NCBI GenBank assembly: GCA_964446735.1
Contig: CAYUQB010000001.1
Location: 27,892 to 91,891 of the forward strand
Direction: 5' to 3'
Length of the DNA: 64,000 nt
Origin: an uncultured Candidatus Saccharibacteria bacterium
GTDB taxonomy: Bacteria > Patescibacteriota > Minisyncoccia > Phycocordibacterales > Phycocordibacteraceae
Shown: piece after piece, positions 56,232 to 64,000 of the stretch
Position numbering within the stretch: position 1 is the stretch's first letter
Layout of the letters: the number at the start of each line of letters is the position of its first letter
Program-made: the position numbers and the translations under genes
Notes under the pieces: generated by a model
What the model was told of the DNA's origin: nothing
The model's input: the letters and a program-made list of their open reading frames with translations, nothing else
The model's database searches: none

Positions 56232-57018
56232 GCTCTCAAAGCTTCCGCTTCCGGGCTTCCCGAATGCCTATCTCTATGACGAGAGCATTAATGACTACGG
56301 GACTATAAAGGACCGACGTAACCGAGTGATTATCGAAGAAGCGCGTCGTCTTCATGTCGATAAGTTGGTGCTTATTACCTCGGGTAATAGTGGGTACAGT
56401 CTCGCGAAAATGGCTCAAGGCACTGGTATCAAAGTGGTGTGCGTGGTGAGCCGTAGACTCGAAGAGAGTATTAAGGAGGCTCTGCGTGCTGTTGCGTACC
56501 AGGTGATTGAACTCAACCTGGACCAAAAGATTCTCCGTCCTGAGGAACTTATTACCATTGCGCGTGAGACTGATGAAGAAGTTATCTGGGACGTGACGAA
56601 TGGATACGAGGATGCATACATAAGCATCATTAAGGAGATCGCACATGAGCTGCAGCCCGACTACATCGTCTGCCCGATCGGCAGTGGCGGAATCTTTATT
56701 GGTCTTGTAGAAGGTGTGACGCACTACCTCCCAAAGACCCGCGTCATCGGTATCGGAACCAAGGAAGCGTACCAAAGCTATGCCGATAAGCTTTCAACGC
56801 CTTGGACGCCCTACACTCGTGCTATGGAAAATGCAGTTAAGGATGGTCATCTCCTCCATCGATTCCCTGAAGAACAGATCAAGCGCATCTACAAGCAATA
56901 CAAGAACTACTCTGAATTCGAGCCTTCCTCAGCGATCGTATTTGGCGTGCTCGATCTTGAGGTGCTTAAGCCAACTGATACCGTTGTGCTCGTGAACTCG
57001 GGTAAATTGCGCCACTAG
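56215..57018 (+). CDS. PLP-dependent enzyme, fold type II (Trp-synthase beta-like: cysteine synthase/threonine synthase/dehydratase family)
   Basis: PLP-lysine context YGTIKDRRN, ITSGNSG and PIGSGGIFIGL glycine loops; short (about 268 aa); start uncertain (overlaps the TrmB-like gene by 17 nt). Confidence 0.5.
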   Translation: MAQKNRLSKLPLPGFPNAYLYDESINDYGTIKDRRNRVIIEEARRLHVDKLVLITSGNSGYSLAKMAQGTGIKVVCVVSRRLEESIKEALRAVAYQVIELNLDQKILRPEELITIARETDEEVIWDVTNGYEDAYISIIKEIAHELQPDYIVCPIGSGGIFIGLVEGVTHYLPKTRVIGIGTKEAYQSYADKLSTPWTPYTRAMENAVKDGHLLHRFPEEQIKRIYKQYKNYSEFEPSSAIVFGVLDLEVLKPTDTVVLVNSGKLRH

Positions 57019-58475
57019 GCAGGAAGTTCAACAACAAAGCGGCTTCCCTTTCCGGTTCCCTCAGATTCGATCCAAACCTTGCCTCCGTTTCCTTCGGTAA
57101 GCTGACGAACCACGTACAGACCAAGTCCCGTACCTGTGGTGTTGACCTTGTTGGCGTTACGAGCACGCGTGAACTTACTGAAGAGTTTCGGTGCCTCATC
57201 TGCAGAAATTCCAACACCGGTATCTTGAACCACGAGTCGTGCAATAGGACCCTCCTTCGATACCGTAACCGTAACCGATCCTTGTTTCGTGTACTTAATA
57301 GCGTTATCTACGAGATTGGTGATCACTTGTTTGATCTTGCCAACATCTGCGTAAATAGAGACTGGTTCACCCGGTGCTGCGCTTATGGCAATACCTTTAT
57401 GAGTCGCCACTGGTTTGAATTCTTCTACCACCTCTGTTGCAAGTTTTGTGAGATCAAAACTGCTCTTCTCATACTTCATTCTTCCTTGCTCAATTCGTGA
57501 GATGTTCAGGTAGTCTTCGATCGAATTGACCATAAGGCGAGCGGATTCTTCGATGATTGAGAGTGGCTCGGTGAGATACGGAGGTACCGGGCCATAGCTA
57601 CCATCAGCCATGTTGGCGGTATAGCCACGAATAGCGGTGATTGGTGCCCGAAGTTGGTGAGTCGCCACCGACAAGAACTCCGTTTTAAGACGATCGAGCT
57701 CCGCCAAGGACTCAGCTCGTCGCTCCCACACCGAAATCAGTATGGCCGCAAGAATGGAGATGGTGAAAATGAGGAACCCAATGAAGATGAGGAATGGGTA
57801 GAGGGTTTGGCGCGTAACCTCAAAGAAGTCGTCGGCCTTGATATCTGTGGCAAGCACGGCAACCACATTGCCGTTCTCGTCAGTGATAGGCGCATATCCG
57901 GTAAGAACGGTACCGTAGTCATCGGTGTAGAGGTCCTGAGCCGTGAGCGGGCCATTGTAGGCTGCGAATGTCTCGGGAATATCAACGGCTTCGGGATATG
58001 GCTGCCCTGGCCACTGGAGTTTGTCTGGGCCATCCGCCTCAACTTTTCCATCTCGGTTCACGTCGACATCATTCGCCGGGTCTTCATCGGTATTCGCGTA
58101 TGGATTCACGGAGTCAGCATCGGCAATGAATTCCATCTGCGTCGGGTCTGCTGCACTCTTACGGAAAATGTACATAAAGACGATGCTGTCGTTTCCATAC
58201 TTCGTCTTGTTCAATTTCCCCACCACTCTCGCCCACTCTGGCTTTTGCCAGTCTTGCTCAGTTTGTAGCGCCTGGATGTCCTTTGCATCCAAGTTAGCTG
58301 CTTGAGTAATAGAGATGGTAATGAGGCGTTCTCGGAGGTTTTGCGTGAGAAGCGTGGTTGTCTGCTGATACAGCAACCACGATGCTGCGACCGCGGCAGC
58401 GATTGCGATAAGCGCAATAATGCCTCCCACCCATGCAAGACGTTTCAGTTTCCCCACCTCAGCCGTATTCTCCAT
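57015..58475 (-). CDS. sensor histidine kinase (two TM helices, extracytoplasmic sensor domain, HisKA + HATPase_c)
   Basis: HisKA H-box LSVATHQLRAPITAIRG; N box NLVDNAIKYT; G boxes DTGVGIS / GTGLGL; about 200-aa periplasmic region between the TM helices; no response regulator in the window. Confidence 0.8.
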   Translation of the reverse strand: MENTAEVGKLKRLAWVGGIIALIAIAAAVAASWLLYQQTTTLLTQNLRERLITISITQAANLDAKDIQALQTEQDWQKPEWARVVGKLNKTKYGNDSIVFMYIFRKSAADPTQMEFIADADSVNPYANTDEDPANDVDVNRDGKVEADGPDKLQWPGQPYPEAVDIPETFAAYNGPLTAQDLYTDDYGTVLTGYAPITDENGNVVAVLATDIKADDFFEVTRQTLYPFLIFIGFLIFTISILAAILISVWERRAESLAELDRLKTEFLSVATHQLRAPITAIRGYTANMADGSYGPVPPYLTEPLSIIEESARLMVNSIEDYLNISRIEQGRMKYEKSSFDLTKLATEVVEEFKPVATHKGIAISAAPGEPVSIYADVGKIKQVITNLVDNAIKYTKQGSVTVTVSKEGPIARLVVQDTGVGISADEAPKLFSKFTRARNANKVNTTGTGLGLYVVRQLTEGNGGKVWIESEGTGKGSRFVVELPA

Positions 58476-58515
58476 ATCGTGTCAGTTTACGTATCTTTAG
58501 CCTAGCATGGCCTGT

Positions 58516-60378
58516 CTAGACATCGAGCAATTCCCCCAGTTTTACCCGGTCAATTTCCAGGAGGAATTGTGGAAGTCGTGGACCGGTCGTTTGGCCGAGT
58601 ACCAGCTGGTATACGGTCTGAAAAAAACATAGTTGCGACTCCGCATTACTCTCCTTACTTGCACCCGGTCGTTTAGGAATCGCATAGAGTGCGGTCTTAA
58701 AGTCCGCCTGCGATGGGGCTGGTTCTTGTAGCACCAGAGCCCGCAACGCACGAACATGCTCCAGATCCATCGGAGACATGCGCGCAATCAGTTCTGTATT
58801 CGGTCGTTCACGCACGCGGTAGAGATGCTCGTCGTCGATTCGAGCATACCGGTGTCCATTGGATGGAATGCCTTCAAGGTCGAGATAGGGCGTACCCTCA
58901 CGAATACGCTGATCTTCTTGTTTGTTTTCTGCTTTAAGGCGAAGTAGTTTCTCGACATTCTTCTCACGCAGTTCAGTGAATTGCTTCAACTGAGCAAGGT
59001 ACTGCTCCAGATCGGTTCGCTGCTGAAGTGGCTGCACGATCCATTCGTATATGTCGCGTTGTGGGAGCGTCGCCTTCGGGACGATGTGGTCGTTAATACT
59101 GATGCTTGAAGCCCCATATCCATTACCACCATATGGCTGCGTTCCTCGCTCCTGACCGCTGGCATGTAAATGGGTGTTGTGTAGGAAGGAACGTGCGTCA
59201 TGGAGAATCTTTCCATTTACCTCGCGGTCTATCAGGCTCGATACATACTCACTTGAGCCATACAGCGTGACGTACATGGCATTTTGGGCGTATCGAGGGT
59301 CTTCAAAATACGTCGCAAGGTCATTGTCGGAACCGTATTTCTGGACGAACACCACGGGTGCAAATATCTCGTTGTAATTCCCGCCTGAAGCAAGCGGTTT
59401 ATTGATTATGGTCGGTTCAAGAATGGCGTCATACGAACGAATAATGCCGGGGGTCGTGGGGTCGAGCCACTCTCGATGATCTATAAGGAAATCCTGAATA
59501 CGCACCAGATCCTTGGGATCGCTGATAGGGCCAACTCGGCATTTTCTATCACGGTAGTCCCCGACACGAACCGTCCGGAACGCATCTCGGAGCATGCGCA
59601 AGAATTCTGCAAATCGCTCCTGATGCACCAGAATGGCATTCGGTGCGGCGCAATCCTGTCCCTGGTTATACAACTGAAGCGCAAGCACCGCCTCAACCGC
59701 ATCCGCAAGGTTGGCGTCAGCACCCACGACGACAGGGTTGTGACCGGAGCCATTCGTAATGAATAGAGTGCGTCGGTCAAAAATAATTCGCAGCTGATCG
59801 GCGTGTAGTGAATTACCCGTAAAGATCACTACCTCGGTCACAGGCAGCGTCTCACGGGTGAGAGGATTCATGCGCAGCGCTGAGCGCTCACGAAGGAATT
59901 CGAGGCGTTGCTTATTAGAAACACACACATTAGGAAACCGATTCTGAATCTCCAATAGAGACAGCAACTTTGGAAAGAAATGCCGCATGCTGTGGGGTAT
60001 GCGGAAATGGACCTCACTTGCCATAAGTGCGGGTACCAGGACAAAGCAGGAAAGCGCATACAGCGGCTGGTTCCTGGGAAGGAACGCAGCAACCGGGCCG
60101 ACACGGAGCGTAAAGTATTCCCTGTTCTCCTCAAGATTACGTAGCAAATCTAACGTTCGACTGATCTCATCTACGACTACCTCGTAACTTTCATATTCCA
60201 GGAGCACGTGTGCGAGCTCTTCAAAATGCGTTTCTATATGGTCAGCTAACTCGTGTGCCCGACGCTGCATCTCATCAAATACAATTGGTGTGTACGCGAC
60301 ATGGGAATCACGAGATGATTTTCGAGATCGAGTCACCGCACGGGAAATAGCCGATAAGGCTTGTTTAGCAGCGCGCAT
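58516..60378 (-). CDS. aldehyde dehydrogenase-superfamily protein (LuxC/acyl-CoA reductase-like?) with a 200-aa C-terminal extension
   Basis: Catalytic Cys motif NQGQDCAAPNAILV; the position of the ELGGKSP general-base Glu reads ITNGSGHNP (Glu replaced by Asn); 620 aa. Confidence 0.5.
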   Translation of the reverse strand: MRAAKQALSAISRAVTRSRKSSRDSHVAYTPIVFDEMQRRAHELADHIETHFEELAHVLLEYESYEVVVDEISRTLDLLRNLEENREYFTLRVGPVAAFLPRNQPLYALSCFVLVPALMASEVHFRIPHSMRHFFPKLLSLLEIQNRFPNVCVSNKQRLEFLRERSALRMNPLTRETLPVTEVVIFTGNSLHADQLRIIFDRRTLFITNGSGHNPVVVGADANLADAVEAVLALQLYNQGQDCAAPNAILVHQERFAEFLRMLRDAFRTVRVGDYRDRKCRVGPISDPKDLVRIQDFLIDHREWLDPTTPGIIRSYDAILEPTIINKPLASGGNYNEIFAPVVFVQKYGSDNDLATYFEDPRYAQNAMYVTLYGSSEYVSSLIDREVNGKILHDARSFLHNTHLHASGQERGTQPYGGNGYGASSISINDHIVPKATLPQRDIYEWIVQPLQQRTDLEQYLAQLKQFTELREKNVEKLLRLKAENKQEDQRIREGTPYLDLEGIPSNGHRYARIDDEHLYRVRERPNTELIARMSPMDLEHVRALRALVLQEPAPSQADFKTALYAIPKRPGASKESNAESQLCFFQTVYQLVLGQTTGPRLPQFLLEIDRVKLGELLDV

Positions 60379-60496
60379 ATGAAGCGTTTAGATTCACGTT
60401 AGAACCTCGGTACCAGCGTGTCAATCAGCTATCCCCTAAATGGAAACCGCGCCTGCCTGAGCAGACGCGGTCCAATGAGCAGATACAGCCTGGAGT

Positions 60497-60880
60497 CTAG
60501 TGGGTCACCGACGGCGCCTTCTCGAATTGAAGGAGCGCGATACCCACCAGGACGAACAGGAGGCCGCCGTACTGGGCGAGCGAGAGCATCTTCCACTCTC
60601 GCAGAACGATGAGTCCGAAGATGACCGTGACGACGGTCAGCATCGAATCGACGTTCGCCGCGCCGAGCGCAAGGCCCGTCCGCGAGGCAGTCAGGCCGAA
60701 GGTGATGAACACCAGCGGCGAGATAACCAGCATCGGCCAGAGCCAGGGGTTCAGCCAGTTCGACTGTGCCTCTGTCCCCCACTTCGCCGCGAGCGCGTTC
60801 GCTGCGAGAGCGACGCCGACCGTGACGATGATGTAGATCCAGGACACGACCAGCGCCTGGGGGATGTCGAGCTTCAACAT
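60497..60880 (-). CDS. small 4-TM transporter (SMR/DMT superfamily-like)
   Basis: 127 aa, four hydrophobic helices; GC-rich island. Confidence 0.45.
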   Translation of the reverse strand: MLKLDIPQALVVSWIYIIVTVGVALAANALAAKWGTEAQSNWLNPWLWPMLVISPLVFITFGLTASRTGLALGAANVDSMLTVVTVIFGLIVLREWKMLSLAQYGGLLFVLVGIALLQFEKAPSVTH

Positions 60881-60969
60881 GAAGAGCCTCCTTCCAGGCT
60901 GTGCAAATGAGCCGTAGCGCCAACCGCTACTCCTTTATTTATAACATAGATTATCTAAAAAAGCAAGCT

Positions 60970-61149
60970 CTAGGAAAGCGGTGCATCTCCTGAGGAATCG
61001 AGCATCCAAAGAGTTACTCCCACGATGAGGAGGGCGAAACCAATCCCCGACAGGACAATCAAGGGCACCCAAAGGCCAGCTACGGTGCGAATGACAATTC
61101 CTGTAGCAAACAGGAAACCTCCTACCAGAAGTATGAGATTGATCGGCAT
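60970..61149 (-). CDS. hypothetical 59-aa two-TM membrane protein
   Basis: MPINLILLVGGFLFATGIVIRTVAGLWVPLIVLSGIGFALLIVGVTLWMLDSSGDAPLS; GAGAGGG 6 nt upstream; not in the ORF track (<60 aa). Confidence 0.3.
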   Translation of the reverse strand: MPINLILLVGGFLFATGIVIRTVAGLWVPLIVLSGIGFALLIVGVTLWMLDSSGDAPLS

Positions 61150-61209
61150 ACCCTACCCTCTCAAAAGCATCCTGAAGCCCTAGTGAGTCCTGCATGCTAG
61201 GATATCGCT

Positions 61210-62775
61210 ATGTTTTGGGCCGATCGCATAGCAAAAGAAATCGAAGAAACACGAACACCGAAGGACGGTTCTACCTTCGTTATTCGTGATGAGAAAACGC
61301 TTTCGGGACGTGTTCACATCGGTTCAGCACGCGGACTAGCCATTCACGGACTTATCGGCGAAGTGCTCACCGAGCATGGTCTAGCCACCACATTCAAGTG
61401 GGAGCACAACGATTTCGATCCTTTCGACGCTATTCCGGGCTACCTGCCGCAGGAAAAGTTTATAGAGCACCTTGGAAAACCGCTCTACGCGGTCCCCTCT
61501 CCAGAGCCTGGCTATGAGAACTACGCAGAATACTTCGGCGAAGAGTTTCAGCGAGTGCATGAAAAGGCCGGCTTCTTCCCTACCTACTACCGCGCCACTG
61601 AGCTATACCGTTCCGGAAAGATGGATCCGTACATTAAAACCGCACTCGAACGAGCTGCAGATGTGCGCAGAATTCTCAAAGAAGTCTCGGGTTCTGTAAA
61701 AGATGAATCGTGGCTGCCTGTCTCCATAATTTGCGAGCAGTGCCGAAAGATGATGACCACTCGTTCACTCGACTATGACGGGACAACGGTTGGATATATA
61801 TGCGATAGGAGTCCGGATGGAACGGTACCGTGCGGCTACACAGGACGTATATCCCCATACGGCGGGACAACCAAGCTCTTCTGGAAAGCTGACTGGGCTG
61901 CTAAGTGGGGAGCGAACGGCGTCGACATCGAAGGAGGTGGAAAGGACCACTCTACTAAAGGTGGCTCACGAGATGTGGCGAACCATATTGCAAAGGAGAT
62001 ATTCACCATCACATCACCGTTCGATATTCCGTACGAGTTTTTCCTCGTGGGGGGTAAGAAAATGTCCTCCTCTAAAGGTAAGGGCTCTTCTGCACAGGAC
62101 ATGGCTGCTCTCTTTCCACCCGAAGTACTCCGCCTCGTGCTCATCGGAAAGGATATCAACCAGCAGATCGACATCGACCCTGAAGGCGACTCGGTGCCTC
62201 GTACCTATGACTGGTACGACGATCTCGCCGAGGGAGTGCGCAATGGGGTTGTTGATGATTTCAGTCGCCTGTATCAGCTCACCTGTTTGCCCAAGGACCG
62301 TGCGGAAGAGGCTGCTCCATGGCAGATGCGCTTCTCTCTCGTCTCCTTCATTAGTCAGATGCCGCACATTGATCTTCTCGATGAGGCGACAAAGACGAAA
62401 GGAAGTGAACTTACCGAGCTTGAAACTGAAAAACTGCGCGAACGCGAACGCTACGCAGCGTTCTGGCTCTCCACCTATGCTCCAGAGCAGTACAAGTATG
62501 AGCTCCAGCAGACGTTGCCTGCAGTCTCACTCACCCCCGAACAAAAAAGCGCCCTTGCCCTTCTTGTCACGTATCTCGAAGAGCCCCGCACGGGTGAGGA
62601 GCTTCATGCCCGCCTCCATGAACTTAAAACCGAAGTGCCCATTGCACCGAAGGATCTTTTCACTGCCCTCTATCGCGTCTTCCTTAATCGTGACTCAGGG
62701 CCAAAGGCAGGTTGGTTTTTGTCTGTCTTGCCACGGGAATATGTTGTTGCTCGCCTCACCGAAGCGTCTGTCTAG
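61210..62775 (+). CDS. lysS: lysyl-tRNA synthetase, class I (archaeal-type)
   Basis: 521 aa; class I KMSKS as KMSSSKGKG; HIGH-region VHIGSARG; Zn-binding Cys cluster (CEQC...C...C); no class II motifs. Confidence 0.8.
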   Translation: MFWADRIAKEIEETRTPKDGSTFVIRDEKTLSGRVHIGSARGLAIHGLIGEVLTEHGLATTFKWEHNDFDPFDAIPGYLPQEKFIEHLGKPLYAVPSPEPGYENYAEYFGEEFQRVHEKAGFFPTYYRATELYRSGKMDPYIKTALERAADVRRILKEVSGSVKDESWLPVSIICEQCRKMMTTRSLDYDGTTVGYICDRSPDGTVPCGYTGRISPYGGTTKLFWKADWAAKWGANGVDIEGGGKDHSTKGGSRDVANHIAKEIFTITSPFDIPYEFFLVGGKKMSSSKGKGSSAQDMAALFPPEVLRLVLIGKDINQQIDIDPEGDSVPRTYDWYDDLAEGVRNGVVDDFSRLYQLTCLPKDRAEEAAPWQMRFSLVSFISQMPHIDLLDEATKTKGSELTELETEKLRERERYAAFWLSTYAPEQYKYELQQTLPAVSLTPEQKSALALLVTYLEEPRTGEELHARLHELKTEVPIAPKDLFTALYRVFLNRDSGPKAGWFLSVLPREYVVARLTEASV

Positions 62776-63290
62776 TGCACCAAGAATAGAAGCCCTAGTA
62801 GTGGTGCTATAAACCACCAGAAGAAGAACTGATCAGGTGCAAAGATCGTGTTCATCGGCTCTGGAAATGTATAGATATTGTTTACATGAAAGACGTGGTA
62901 TGCGAGTGCCATAAGAAAGGCTGCTGCAAGGAATGAGAGTCCGAAGCGTGGAAATACAGACAGGATGCCAAAGCCACCAGACGCAAGCCGTTCAATAAAC
63001 ATAAAGGGAACGATACAACAGGCAGCGTAAATGATGACGCTGATCACTGCCTTCATGAGCGGATCACCACCGGTGGCGATAATGTCCTTGGTATAGGGAA
63101 AAACGAGGAATACCGCATATCCCACATAGAAGGCGACGATGAGAGAAATGATGCCGCCGCGCGAGCGATAGGAGAAGAGAATGAAGGCAACGGTAAGTCC
63201 AATGATGATCAGGAAGTTACTCACGACTCCCCATGAGTTTGTCGCTGCTGCGCTCGTAAAGTTACCGACCTGGATCGCAATATCCTCCAC
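62772..63290 (-). CDS. hypothetical integral membrane protein
   Basis: 172 aa, 5 predicted TM helices. Confidence 0.4.
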   Translation of the reverse strand: MEDIAIQVGNFTSAAATNSWGVVSNFLIIIGLTVAFILFSYRSRGGIISLIVAFYVGYAVFLVFPYTKDIIATGGDPLMKAVISVIIYAACCIVPFMFIERLASGGFGILSVFPRFGLSFLAAAFLMALAYHVFHVNNIYTFPEPMNTIFAPDQFFFWWFIAPLLGLLFLVH

Positions 63291-63331
63291 AGTCCTCTCA
63301 GTATAGCGCCTGAGCTAGAGCGCTATACACC

Positions 63332-64000
63332 CTACTCCCCGTCGGGAGCTTCTTCCTTTTCCCCGCCCAGGAAGCCTCCTGCCTGGATGCTCCAGAGCTT
63401 TTTATATAGCCCATCTGCCCGGAGAAGCTCGTCATGGGTTCCCTGCGCGACGATTTGGCCACGCTCCATGACCACAATCCGATCCATCTTCATAATGGTT
63501 GAGAGGCGGTGGGCGATAACGATGACCGTCTTTCCCTCCATGAGCGTATCGAGTGCTTCTTGAATCAGGTGTTCGCTTTCCGAATCAAGTGACGACGTTG
63601 CCTCATCTAGCACGAGAATAGGTGCGTTCTTAAGAATGGCTCGAGCAATAGCCACCCGTTGACGCTCACCTCCTGAGAGGCGAACTCCGCGCTCACCTAC
63701 ATACGTCTCATAGCCAAGGGGGAACGTGGTTATAAATTCATGAGCGTGCGCGCGTCGTGCAGCTTCGATCACCTCAGCATCTGTCGCATCACGTCTGCCG
63801 TAGCGGATATTTTCCATGAGAGTGCGATGGAAGAGAATCGGCTCTTGCGGGACAAACGCAACAGCTTCACGCAAACTTTCTTGCGTAACCGTGCTGATGT
63901 CCTTCCCATCAATTTCTATGCTCCCGCTGTTGGGATCATAGAGGCGAAGCAAGAGCTTCGTTACCGTTGATTTACCGGCTCCAGAAGGTCCAACGAGCGC
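63332..64000 (-). CDS. ABC transporter ATP-binding domain (3' part of an exporter gene, truncated by the window edge)
   Basis: Signature [16 protein letters not shown], Walker [14 protein letters not shown]-loop; the reading frame stays open to position 64000. Confidence 0.8.
   Translation of the reverse strand, partial: ALVGPSGAGKSTVTKLLLRLYDPNSGSIEIDGKDISTVTQESLREAVAFVPQEPILFHRTLMENIRYGRRDATDAEVIEAARRAHAHEFITTFPLGYETYVGERGVRLSGGERQRVAIARAILKNAPILVLDEATSSLDSESEHLIQEALDTLMEGKTVIVIAHRLSTIMKMDRIVVMERGQIVAQGTHDELLRADGLYKKLWSIQAGGFLGGEKEEAPDGE

Noticed and set aside
1-64000. CRISPR array / cas genes
   Set aside because: I scanned the intergenic regions and found no array of regularly spaced direct repeats. 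Only isolated palindromes and one imperfect 31-nt two-copy repeat are present. No Cas-like ORFs.

Overview
This 64-kb window is a bacterial chromosomal segment with a housekeeping backbone of roughly 50-55% GC. The backbone carries a partial dcw cell-division/cell-wall cluster (mraZ-rsmH-ftsL-like-ftsI-murF, plus a separate murG-ftsW...mraY-dacA-like block on the minus strand). It also carries six aminoacyl-tRNA synthetases (cysS, gltX, aspS/asnS, trpS, tyrS, class I lysS), ribosomal proteins L21, L9 and L27, dnaB, recR, rmuC, scpAB, truB, cmk, corA, ctpA, pepA, an ABC-F ATPase, alkA, a LOG-family protein, a CYTH protein, and two tRNAs: tRNA-Glu(CUC), and tRNA-Tyr(GUA) lying just below tyrS. 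This backbone is interrupted by about ten short GC-rich islands (around 60-66% GC by eye) that carry small, secreted, membrane-anchored or hypothetical genes. The most notable are listed here. (1) Two paralogous small ORFs whose first 20 nt are nearly identical (ATGACCGAyATCAAA, 'MTDIK'); one of them has a roughly 250-nt leader with mutually exclusive hairpins that can bury its Shine-Dalgarno sequence. (2) A large serine recombinase translationally coupled (ATGA) to a 57-aa upstream ORF, with perfect palindromes in the upstream region. (3) A tandem pair of secreted paralogs plus a third anchored protein, located between rplI and rpmA. (4) A three-gene overlapping operon encoding an Ada-Zn-like membrane protein, a DEDDh exonuclease and LOG. 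(5) A cluster encoding DUF3467, a zinc ribbon and a nucleoside-deoxyribosyltransferase-like protein, flanked by an imperfect 31-nt direct repeat (about 26/31 matches). (6) A minus-strand operon of secreted cell-wall enzymes (CAP, 3D domain, GH18, an XRE regulator, a secreted hypothetical) with a perfect 22-bp palindromic operator. Several genes appear to be leaderless, with a TATAAT or TATACT box 5-8 nt upstream of the ATG. I found no CRISPR array and no complete known defence system. All coordinates that I derived by reading the sequence, rather than from the ORF track, may be off by 1-2 nt. Product calls are based on motifs recognised by eye, not on database searches.
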